Shown: piece after piece, positions 20,470 to 28,228 of the stretch
Position numbering within the stretch: the stretch's first letter is position 1
Layout: every line of letters begins with the position of its first letter
Assembly: GCA_963804565.1 (NCBI GenBank)
Contig: CAWDQV010000001.1
Span: 1,366,643 to 1,430,642, forward strand
Direction of reading: 5' to 3'
From: Candidatus Dormiibacterota bacterium
GTDB lineage: Bacteria > Chloroflexota > Dormibacteria > Aeolococcales > Bog-877
Length of the DNA stretch: 64,000 nt
Made by a program: the position numbers and the translations under genes
Notes under the pieces: generated by a model
What the model was told of the DNA's origin: nothing
The model's input: the letters and a program-made list of their open reading frames with translations, nothing else
Databases searched by the model: none

Positions 20470-20495
20470 TCCGACCTGATCCTAGGTATTTTACC
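20470..20495. promoter_or_regulatory. bipartite motif TCCGAC-N10-GTATTTTACC (copy 1, between sufC and sufB)
   Basis: Same two boxes and same 10-nt spacing as at 21790-21815. The minus-strand reading contains TAAAAT (-10-like). Confidence 0.45.
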
Positions 20496-20498
20496 CCG

Positions 20499-21287
20499 CT
20501 ACGCGGCGGGTTCGTCGGTCGCGTCCAATCCGGCTTCGTGCAGCATCGGGTCGTAGCCGACCTTCTCGATCTCGTCGACCAGTTCATTTCCCCCAGAGGC
20601 AATGACCCGTCCAGCGGCCATCACGTGGACGCGGTCGGGCGTGATGTAGTCCAAGATCCGCTGATAGTGGGTGATGATCAGCACGCCCATGCCGTCGGTT
20701 CGCACTCTGTTGACGCCCTCAGCAACGGTGCGAAGTGCGTCGACGTCGAGTCCGCTGTCGGTCTCATCGAGGATGGCCATCTCCGGCTTCAGCACGGCCA
20801 GCTGGACGATCTCCATCCGCTTCTTCTCACCGCCGGAGAAGTTGTCATTGATATACCGAGACATGAACGCCTGGTCCATCTTGAGCGCCGTCATCTGCTC
20901 CCGGACCAGCTTCAAGAAGTCGCGAGCGGGCAGGGACTTGCCCTGGCCTTTCAGCGCGGCCCGGAGAAAGTTGACTGTGGTGACCCCGGGGATCGCGGTC
21001 GGGTACTGAAGACTGAGGAACAGGCCCATCCTGGCTCGGTTCTCGGGAAGCATCCCGATCAGGCTCTGATCCTTCCAGCGGATATCGCCGCCGGTGACCT
21101 GGTACTTGGGATGGCCCATGACCGCATAGCCCAAGCTGGTCTTGCCGGCTCCATTGGGACCCATCAGGGCGTGGACTTCGCCCTGGGGTACTGTCAGGCT
21201 CACGCCGGCCAGGATCTGCTTGCCGTCGACCGAGACCTCCAGGTTCTCGATCTCGAGCCGCCCTCTCTCCGGGCTCACCTTAGACAC
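20499..21287 (-). CDS. sufC: Fe-S cluster assembly ATPase SufC
   Basis: 262 aa with Walker A GPNGAGKTS, signature FSGGEKKR and Walker B AILDETDSGLD. Confidence 0.95.
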   Translation of the reverse strand: MSKVSPERGRLEIENLEVSVDGKQILAGVSLTVPQGEVHALMGPNGAGKTSLGYAVMGHPKYQVTGGDIRWKDQSLIGMLPENRARMGLFLSLQYPTAIPGVTTVNFLRAALKGQGKSLPARDFLKLVREQMTALKMDQAFMSRYINDNFSGGEKKRMEIVQLAVLKPEMAILDETDSGLDVDALRTVAEGVNRVRTDGMGVLIITHYQRILDYITPDRVHVMAAGRVIASGGNELVDEIEKVGYDPMLHEAGLDATDEPAA

Positions 21288-21765
21288 CAGCTGCTTGCCC
21301 TTCGTGTTGGAGGATCGGCAGGGTTGCGACCGGGCACTCCCGCTCCGGGATCTGAGGATCGCGCAGCATGTCGGCGAGCGTCGTGCCGCCGAGCACCTGC
21401 TGGACTGCCTCTTGAAGTCGACCCCATAGCGGCCTGCTCAGGCACTCCGGCTCCCTCGAACAGGATCCGGACTGGTAGTTCTCGGCCAAGCACTCCACCG
21501 GGGCCACCGGGCCTTCCATCAGCTCGACGATCTCAAGAACCGTCACCGCCTGAGGCGGGCGCGCCAACCGGTAGCCGCCGTGCAGCCCCCTCGTTCCCTC
21601 CACGATGCCCGCTTTACGCAAAGGAGCCACCAACTGCTCCAGGTACGGAAGCGGCATGGCCTCCCTGCGTGCGATCTCCGCGAGGCTCAGGGGTGGCCCG
21701 CCGTGGGCCTTTGCCAGTTCGGTCAGCATCCGCAGCCCGTAGTGGGCCCGGGAGGAGATCCGCAT
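21280..21765 (-). CDS. Rrf2-family transcriptional regulator (IscR/SufR-like)
   Basis: Trimmed to MRISSRAHYGLRMLTELA (ATG 21765). Winged HTH region and Cys residues (PVECL...SCSREPEC). First gene of the suf block. Confidence 0.8.
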   Translation of the reverse strand: MRISSRAHYGLRMLTELAKAHGGPPLSLAEIARREAMPLPYLEQLVAPLRKAGIVEGTRGLHGGYRLARPPQAVTVLEIVELMEGPVAPVECLAENYQSGSCSREPECLSRPLWGRLQEAVQQVLGGTTLADMLRDPQIPERECPVATLPILQHEGQAAGV

Positions 21766-21781
21766 GGCAACTGGCGCAGGA

Positions 21782-21817
21782 CCGGTAAATCCGACTGACA
21801 CGCGCGTATTTTACCGG
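21782..21817. promoter_or_regulatory. bipartite motif copy 2 (TCCGAC 21790-21795, GTATTTTACC 21806-21815) embedded in inverted repeat CCGGTAAA...TTTACCGG
   Basis: Located 17-52 nt upstream of the Rrf2 ATG. The 8-bp arms are at 21782-21789 and 21810-21817. Candidate autoregulatory operator and/or promoter. Confidence 0.45.
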
Positions 21818-21909
21818 GCACGGCCCCCGAGGCGGCGCTGGAAGCGGTGCCAGGTCTGCCTCGCGGGCGCTTCGACTTGGCGAGCCGGCGGCTGGCCCGA
21901 GAGACAGTC

Positions 21910-23061
21910 CTAGTTGGCGAGTGCCCCCGCCCTCAGTGCGGACACTTCCCGGCAGACCAGGTCGGCCGCCCGTCTCACCTCGTCAGCTGTGGTTGAGCGT
22001 CCCAATGTCAGGCGAAGCTGGGCGGAGGCCAGCTGGGGCGAGAATCCCATCGCCAGGAGCACGTGGGACGGAGCAAGCGAACCGCTGGTACATGCGGAGC
22101 CCGACGAGCCGCAGACGCCTGCCCGATCCAAGCGCAACAGCAGGAGCTCCCCCTCGATGCCGGGAAACACGAAGGTGGCGAAGTTGGGAAGCCGAGCGCC
22201 GGCGGGGGCACCGGTCGAGATGGCGTCCGGCACCCCGGCCTGGATCTGCCGGGTGAGATCGCGAGCAAGAGCACCCTGTCGCTCCATCTCCTGCTCTCGC
22301 TCCACCTCCGCCAGCTCCGCCGCAGCCCCAAATCCCACGATCCCAGGGACGTTCTCAGTGCCCGAACGCCGGGTCCTCTCCTGGCCGCCTCCGGTGATGA
22401 TCGGGTCCAGCCCGATACCGTGGCGGGCGTACAGCGCCCCCACTCCCTTAGGCCCGTAGACCTTGTGGGCGGACACCGTCAGGAGGTCGACGCCAAGCTC
22501 CTGCACGTCAAGCTTGAGCTTGCCCAGAGCTTGGGTTGCGTCCGTGTGAAATACCGCCCGTGATCCGGCGTGGGTCACCTCCGCGAGCTCGCGAATTGGT
22601 TCGATCGTGCCGACCTCGTTGTTGGCCATCATTACCGAGACCACCCGTGTGTCCGGTCTAAGCGCGGCCTCCAGGTCGTCCGATGAGACGAGGCCATCCC
22701 GGTCCACCGCCAGCTCGGTCACTTCAAACCCCAGGTCGCCCAGATCTCGCGCGGTTTCCAACACGGCCTCGTGCTCAATGGCTGAGACGATCAGGTGGCC
22801 TCCCCGGGCCTCAACTCGACGGACCACTCCCCGAAGGGCCAGGTTGTCCGCCTCGCTCCCCCCGCCGGTGAAGACGATCTCGCGTGCCTTGGCGTTGAGA
22901 ACTGCGGCCAGACGATCCCTGGCGGTATCGATCAGGGCGCGAGCGGCTCGGCCCGCGGCGTGGACGCTTGAGGGGTTGCCGTAGGTCTCGGTCAGGGTCG
23001 GGGCCATTGCCTCCAGGACCTCCGGCCGCAGCGGCGTAGTTGCGGCGTGATCGAGGTAAAT
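21910..23061 (-). CDS. cysteine desulfurase, NifS/IscS class I
   Basis: Track ORF starts at M 23007, but homology (IYLDHAATTPLRPEVLEAM) extends in frame to codon ATT 23059-23061. No ATG/GTG/TTG lies between that point and the upstream stop. Motifs: SAHKVYGPKGVG, SSGSACTSGS. Confidence 0.85.
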   Translation of the reverse strand: MYLDHAATTPLRPEVLEAMAPTLTETYGNPSSVHAAGRAARALIDTARDRLAAVLNAKAREIVFTGGGSEADNLALRGVVRRVEARGGHLIVSAIEHEAVLETARDLGDLGFEVTELAVDRDGLVSSDDLEAALRPDTRVVSVMMANNEVGTIEPIRELAEVTHAGSRAVFHTDATQALGKLKLDVQELGVDLLTVSAHKVYGPKGVGALYARHGIGLDPIITGGGQERTRRSGTENVPGIVGFGAAAELAEVEREQEMERQGALARDLTRQIQAGVPDAISTGAPAGARLPNFATFVFPGIEGELLLLRLDRAGVCGSSGSACTSGSLAPSHVLLAMGFSPQLASAQLRLTLGRSTTADEVRRAADLVCREVSALRAGALAN

Positions 23062-23092
23062 CCTGGATTGCGCCGGGTTCGAAACAGTCGGG

Positions 23093-23437
23093 TCAGTCGT
23101 TGGCGCGCTCTCTCAGCAGCGCGGTGAGCGGCCCCGAGTGTCCGCTCAGGGTGCGATGGAGTTCGAGCAGCTCGTCGTTGCTGATCGGTTCGGCCTCCGA
23201 TTCCGAGCTGACCAGCATCTGCAGCTCTGGCTCTCCCTCTTTGGCCTCCGACTCGTCGTTGGGAGCCAGCTCCAGCGCTACCAGGAAGGTGAGCTCGCAG
23301 TTTCGGCAGGTGACCTCGACGGTGTACTTCTGCCCTTCGTGGTCGAGCTGCCGCAACTTGCAATCGGCAAGCGACCGGCGACACATGGGACACCGGAACG
23401 CCCCAGCTCTCTCTCGCAGGAATGCCAAGATGTCCAT
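23093..23437 (-). CDS. hypothetical small zinc-ribbon protein with acidic tail
   Basis: CPMC...18 aa...CRNC pair, then a Glu/Ser-rich segment. Start taken at MDILAFL; the track ORF reaches 23467. No family recognised. Confidence 0.5.
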   Translation of the reverse strand: MDILAFLRERAGAFRCPMCRRSLADCKLRQLDHEGQKYTVEVTCRNCELTFLVALELAPNDESEAKEGEPELQMLVSSESEAEPISNDELLELHRTLSGHSGPLTALLRERAND

Positions 23438-23503
23438 CTCTCCTCCAGCCGAGTATACCCAGATCAATCGAGATCGATCCCATTCGAGGGTACTTCAGCG
23501 GGG

Positions 23504-24550
23504 TCAGGCCTCTAGGCGCTCCAGGACCGCCTCGGTGAACTCCTCGGTCCGGGCATGGCCCCCAAGATCAGCGGTGCGGACCCCGTCGAACACCGCGCCC
23601 AAGGTGGCCGACCTCACCCTGGCTCCGTACTGGATAAGGAAGGGGTCATCGGTGTGCTCAAGCACGGCCGCCGCTGCCAGGATCATGGCCATGGGGTTGG
23701 CGATGTGCCGACCCTGCAGGGCCGGGGCCGTGCCGTGGGGGGCTTCGGCCATGAGCAAACTGGGGTGACTCGAGTCATCGAACCCGATCAGCAGCGACTC
23801 GCTCCCGGCCAGCGTGCCGTAGAGGGCAAGGACCAAGTCGGAGAGGATGTCACCGTCTCGATTCATCGCGGGAATCACAAGCCGGTCGTCGCGGGTGAGC
23901 AGAAGAGCAAATGTCGCATCGATCAGTTGTGGCTCATACCGGACTTCCGGATGCCGACAACTGGCGGAGTCCATCTCCTCCTTGAACATGCCCTCGTAGA
24001 TCTTGGAGACGGTGAACTTGGGTCCGCCGAATACCGTCGCCTGGGTCCGGGCGGCTTCGACGAAGGCGTACTCGGCAACCCGCCGAGAGTGCTCGCGGCT
24101 GATCTTGGTGGTGCGAAAGGCGAGCTGCTCTGATCCCTCGCCCTCCCGCCACTCCTTGGCTCCGTAGGCGTCATCGACCGCCATCCTGACCACCGTGATC
24201 GGGGCGTGGACACCGCCAAGCGGTGCCACTCCCGGGATCCTCTGCCCGGTTCGGACGATCACGTCGCCGCCAACCTCGTCGCGGAGGATCGCATTCGGAC
24301 TGTCGATCTCCCCCAGTCCCTCGGGGGTCACAGTGGCGGCTTTGAGTCCAAAGTGGCTGGATTTCATCATCTGAGCCGCTTGGTGGACAACCTCGTTGTC
24401 GGTGGCTCGGCGCGAGGCCAGGCTGAGATCGACATGCTCCAGCACCACCCGATTGGCGAGCTGGGGACTGTCCAGGATCCGCAGAGCCTCGAGCAGCAAC
24501 TCCTCTCCGGTCTGGTCCCCGTGCAGGACCGTGATGGTCAGAGGGGCCAT
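23504..24550 (-). CDS. isocitrate/isopropylmalate dehydrogenase family protein
   Basis: Trimmed to MAPLTITVLHGDQTGEE (ATG 24550). Motifs: NRDGDILSDL, APHGTAP, IANPMAMIL. The upstream 101 aa of the track ORF are low-complexity and overlap the next gene. Confidence 0.8.
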   Translation of the reverse strand: MAPLTITVLHGDQTGEELLLEALRILDSPQLANRVVLEHVDLSLASRRATDNEVVHQAAQMMKSSHFGLKAATVTPEGLGEIDSPNAILRDEVGGDVIVRTGQRIPGVAPLGGVHAPITVVRMAVDDAYGAKEWREGEGSEQLAFRTTKISREHSRRVAEYAFVEAARTQATVFGGPKFTVSKIYEGMFKEEMDSASCRHPEVRYEPQLIDATFALLLTRDDRLVIPAMNRDGDILSDLVLALYGTLAGSESLLIGFDDSSHPSLLMAEAPHGTAPALQGRHIANPMAMILAAAAVLEHTDDPFLIQYGARVRSATLGAVFDGVRTADLGGHARTEEFTEAVLERLEA

Positions 24551-24554
24551 ACCG

Positions 24555-25268
24555 CTAGGTGCTTGAGAGACGGCGGAAGGATTCGGCGAAGGCGAAGCCG
24601 TGCGGTTCCCCCGCGGTCGCCATCCGCTCTCGTACCCGTGCCCGGAAATCCTGTTCAGGCGAATGCTGGCTCTGGTGTCGGGAAAGCGCCTCGAGCTTGC
24701 GGTCGACAGTGGAAGTGATATCGACAAAGTGGTCGGGGTTTTCAGTACCGACCACCCAGACCTCCCGCACGGAGTGCGGCTGCAGGCCGGCGGCCAGCAA
24801 CTCGGGGTAGGCGTATCTGTTCCGGGCGTAGGGGTAGACCGCCTCAATGGCAAGCTGTCCCGCTGCCAGATGGTCAGGATGGTTGCCGTACAGGTTGGAG
24901 TAATTGCGCACCGCGTTCTGGCAGACGATCAGGTCTGGCCGATGCTGGCGAATCAGCTTCACCAATTCGCCCCGTAGCTCACTGGTGACCCGGAGCTCGC
25001 CGTCGGGCTGATGCAGGAAAGTCACCTCGTCGACCCCGAGCACCGCGGCCGCTGCCCGCTGCTCCACTTCGCGGATCGAGGCGAGTCGGGACAGTTCGAT
25101 GGATGGATCGGCCGCTCCCGCTGCGCCATCGGTACAGATGACGTAGCGGACGTCGATTCCCCGGTCCGTCCAGAGCGCCACTGTCCCGGCGGAACTGAAC
25201 TCGGCATCGTCTGGATGGGCCATCACGACCAAGGCCCGCTCGAAATTCTCCAGTTCACTCGAACTCAT
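24555..25268 (-). CDS. PIG-L/LmbE family N-acetylglucosaminyl deacetylase
   Basis: Trimmed to MSSSELENF (ATG 25268). AHPDDAEF and HPDH motifs. Confidence 0.8.
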   Translation of the reverse strand: MSSSELENFERALVVMAHPDDAEFSSAGTVALWTDRGIDVRYVICTDGAAGAADPSIELSRLASIREVEQRAAAAVLGVDEVTFLHQPDGELRVTSELRGELVKLIRQHRPDLIVCQNAVRNYSNLYGNHPDHLAAGQLAIEAVYPYARNRYAYPELLAAGLQPHSVREVWVVGTENPDHFVDITSTVDRKLEALSRHQSQHSPEQDFRARVRERMATAGEPHGFAFAESFRRLSST

Positions 25269-25356
25269 ATGTTTCCCTGGTAGGATACGGTTCCCAGGAC
25301 GACCCCCCCCTCTCCGACTGTGTCGCCGGGGACCCAGCAACGCGGAGACCTCGGCC

Positions 25357-26610
25357 ATGATCTTTTTCAGCGAGCTTCTGCGCGCAACCGTCGTTGATGT
25401 GCGCCAGCACACAGTAGGCACTGTGCGCGACCTGGTGGCGCGGATGGGGGAGCCTTACCCGCGGGTCACCGCGCTGGTGGTCAGTCATCGCGGCCGTGAC
25501 CCCTTGATCATTCCCTGGGCCGAGGTCAGGCAATACACGGAGCGAGAGATCAGCCTGCGCGCACCCGTGTCCGAGTTGTCGGCTCACCTTCCCGCGGACG
25601 ATGAGCTCTACTTGAGCCGCGACGTCCTGGACAAGCAGCTGATCGACACCGACGGGCGCCGCGTGGTGCGGGTCAACGACCTCCAGCTGGCTAATGTCGG
25701 CGGCAAGTTGCTGGTGGTTGGAGTGGATATCGGGGGCCGAGGCCTCCTGCGACGGCTCGGGATGGAAGAGCTGGGTAAGCGGGTCGCCCGCCTGCTGCGC
25801 CGGGATTGGGCCCAGAAGTTCATCGCCTGGGATACCGTCGAGACGATCCGCGGTGACGGTCGCAATATGCGGCTGCGAATGTCGTACAAGAAGCTGGCTC
25901 GGCTTCACCCCGCCGACATCGCCGACATCGTCGAGCAGATGAGCAACGTTGACCGGCAGGCAGTTTTCGCCAGTCTTGACGATGAGACTGCCGCGGACAC
26001 TTTGGAGGAGACGGACGAGACGATCCAGGCCCAGATACTGGAACGCCTTTCTTTGGAGCGCGCGGCCGACATCCTGGACGCCATGGCCCCGGACGAGGCT
26101 GCCGACCTGCTCGCCGACCTCGCTCCCGAACGTCGGGCTCAGCTGATCGCGGAGATGCAGGCCGAGGAGGCGGGGGACGTCCAGGAATTGCTGGCTTATG
26201 AGGAGGACACGGCCGGCGGGCTGATGACACCCGACTACGTGGCCGTTCCCCAGCGCCTGACTGCGGCCCAGACCATCGAACGGATCCGCCAGCTGGAGCC
26301 CGAGGCGGAGTCCATCTACTACATCTTTGTGATCGACAGCCAAGAGCGCCTTCGGGGGGTGCTGAGCCTGCGGGATCTGATCGTCGCGAGCCCGGAAACC
26401 CCGATATCCCAATTCATGATCCGCAAGGTGATCTCGGTCCCACTCGATGCGTCCCCGGACGAGGTTGCCTCTCTTTTGTCCAAGTACAACCTGCTGGCGG
26501 TCCCGGTGGTCGACGAGCAGGACCGAATCCAGGGGATCGTTACCGTGGATGACGTGCTAGCCGAAGTCCTGCCGTCCCCGCTGCGGCGGCGGGTGAGGCC
26601 TGGGGAATGA
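25357..26610 (+). CDS. soluble PRC-barrel + MgtE N-domain + tandem CBS protein (MgtE cytosolic module without a membrane domain)
   Basis: 417 aa. The acidic helical MgtE_N region (LHPADIADIVEQM...AADLLADL) is followed by a CBS pair (GGLMTPDYV...LAVPVVDEQDRIQGIVTVDDV). No hydrophobic C-terminal domain. Confidence 0.8.
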   Translation: MIFFSELLRATVVDVRQHTVGTVRDLVARMGEPYPRVTALVVSHRGRDPLIIPWAEVRQYTEREISLRAPVSELSAHLPADDELYLSRDVLDKQLIDTDGRRVVRVNDLQLANVGGKLLVVGVDIGGRGLLRRLGMEELGKRVARLLRRDWAQKFIAWDTVETIRGDGRNMRLRMSYKKLARLHPADIADIVEQMSNVDRQAVFASLDDETAADTLEETDETIQAQILERLSLERAADILDAMAPDEAADLLADLAPERRAQLIAEMQAEEAGDVQELLAYEEDTAGGLMTPDYVAVPQRLTAAQTIERIRQLEPEAESIYYIFVIDSQERLRGVLSLRDLIVASPETPISQFMIRKVISVPLDASPDEVASLLSKYNLLAVPVVDEQDRIQGIVTVDDVLAEVLPSPLRRRVRPGE

Positions 26611-26670
26611 TGGCGATCGCCGGTCGAGGACTAACGCTGGTCCGAGCCCGGCCACGCTCGCCCAGGCGTC

Positions 26671-28065
26671 GTGATGAACCCCCGTCACGAACCAGGGGGC
26701 ATTGCCCCCGAGCCGCAGCAATCCCCGGCCCCAGCCGGAGCTGAGGGGAGGGCTCGCCGGAGCCTGACGCAATCGGTCCGCTGGCCGCGCCCATCGGTGC
26801 CCAGGCGGCCACCGACGCTTCCCCGTCGGCTTCGGCCGCGTCGGCTCCCTCGCCTGTGGCGCTTTTTCGCCATCCTGGGGCCGGGGCTGATCGCCGCCAA
26901 CGCTGGCAACGACGCCGGCGGTATCGCCACGTACTCCCAGGCGGGTGCCCAGACCGGCTATCGCCTGCTCTGGGTGCTGGTGCTGATCGCCTTCGTCGTG
27001 ATCGTGGTTCAAGAGATGGCCGCGCGGATCGGGGTCAGCACGGGCAAGGGACTGATGGCCGTAATTCGAGAGGAGTTCGGCGTGCGGTGGGCGCTGGTGG
27101 CAGCGGCAGTTGTCCTGGTCGCCAACGGAGGAACAACGATTGCCGAATTCGCCGGGGTGGCGGCTGCCCTACAGCTCTTCGGGCTGCCTCCCGAGCTCAG
27201 TGCGCCCTTTACCGGTGCGCTCTTGGGTTGGCTCGTGCTGCGCTCCGGCTATGCCAAGGTCGAGCGGGTGTTCCTTGGGATGGGGGTCGTGTTCGTCAGC
27301 TACGTGATCACCGTGTTCATCGTGCACCCCGACTGGAGCGCGGTGGCCCGTAACGCGGTGATCCCCACCATCTCCGGCAGCAACGGTTTCGTCTTTCTAC
27401 TAATTGCCTTCATCGGCACGTCGGTCACCCCCTACATGCAGCTCTACCTGCAGTCGGCCGTGGCCGACAAAGGCACCTCGGATGCCGACTACGGCTATGT
27501 ACGAACTGAGGTGATCGCCAGCAGCATCTTCGCGGTCTTGGTGGTGGCCTGCATCGTCATTACCACTGCCGCCACCCTCCACGCCCACGGCCTGACCAAC
27601 ATCACCAACGTCGGCCAGGCAGCCGACGCCCTCCGACCCCTGGCGGGGGTGGACGCCAAGTATCTCTTTGCCGTCGGTCTCCTGGGAGCTTCTCTGTTGG
27701 CCGCCGGGGTGTTGCCACTGTCCACCGCCTTCGCCGTCACCGAGGCGTTCGGGACGGAGCGCGGAGTCTCCAACTCACTTCGTCAGGCGCCGTTGTTTTA
27801 CGCGGTTTTTGTGGGATTGCTGACCGCCGGCGGCATCTGCGTGCTGATTCCTGGCGTGAATCTGATCGCGGTGTTGATTGTGACTCAGGTAGTGGATGGA
27901 ATCCTGTTGCCCGTGGTGCTGGTATTCATGCTCCGGATCAGCAACAACGTGCGCTTGATGGGACACCGGGCAAACGGGCGAGTGGCGAATGTTGTCGGTG
28001 GAATTACCGCAGCAGTCTTGATATTTCTGACCCTGATCCTGCTCTTCGAGACCGTGCACGGTTGA
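26671..28065 (+). CDS. NRAMP/SLC11-family divalent cation transporter with non-canonical (Mg-type, NRMT-like) site residues
   Basis: Polytopic. TM1 reads GPGLIAANAGNDAGGIAT (DAGG instead of DPGN) and TM6 reads GTSVTPYMQLYLQS (Thr/Tyr instead of Met/His). The first ~60 residues are Arg/Pro-rich, so the true start may be downstream. Confidence 0.8.
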   Translation: MMNPRHEPGGIAPEPQQSPAPAGAEGRARRSLTQSVRWPRPSVPRRPPTLPRRLRPRRLPRLWRFFAILGPGLIAANAGNDAGGIATYSQAGAQTGYRLLWVLVLIAFVVIVVQEMAARIGVSTGKGLMAVIREEFGVRWALVAAAVVLVANGGTTIAEFAGVAAALQLFGLPPELSAPFTGALLGWLVLRSGYAKVERVFLGMGVVFVSYVITVFIVHPDWSAVARNAVIPTISGSNGFVFLLIAFIGTSVTPYMQLYLQSAVADKGTSDADYGYVRTEVIASSIFAVLVVACIVITTAATLHAHGLTNITNVGQAADALRPLAGVDAKYLFAVGLLGASLLAAGVLPLSTAFAVTEAFGTERGVSNSLRQAPLFYAVFVGLLTAGGICVLIPGVNLIAVLIVTQVVDGILLPVVLVFMLRISNNVRLMGHRANGRVANVVGGITAAVLIFLTLILLFETVHG

Positions 28066-28228
28066 GGGTTCGCAGCGCCGGGCGGTTCGACCGCCACGTC
28101 ACCTGCGGCTGCGACGTTGGTGGCCAGAAGCATGGTATCGACAGGAATTTTGTGCCGTAAGCCACAGCGCCGTCCCAACTGGGAGCTGGTCGGCTGTCCG
28201 CGCCATCGGCTTGGCGTCGATCGGAGAT

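Noticed and set aside
20538-21788. 416-aa plus-strand ORF, and similar long ORFs at 25255..26412(-), 43062..44216(+), 57702..58889(+), 40261..41187(-) and 37922..38755(-)
   Set aside because: All lie antisense to, or out of frame with, genes that have clear family matches. Their products are Arg/Pro/Gly/Ala-rich low-complexity strings, typical of shadow ORFs in high-GC DNA.
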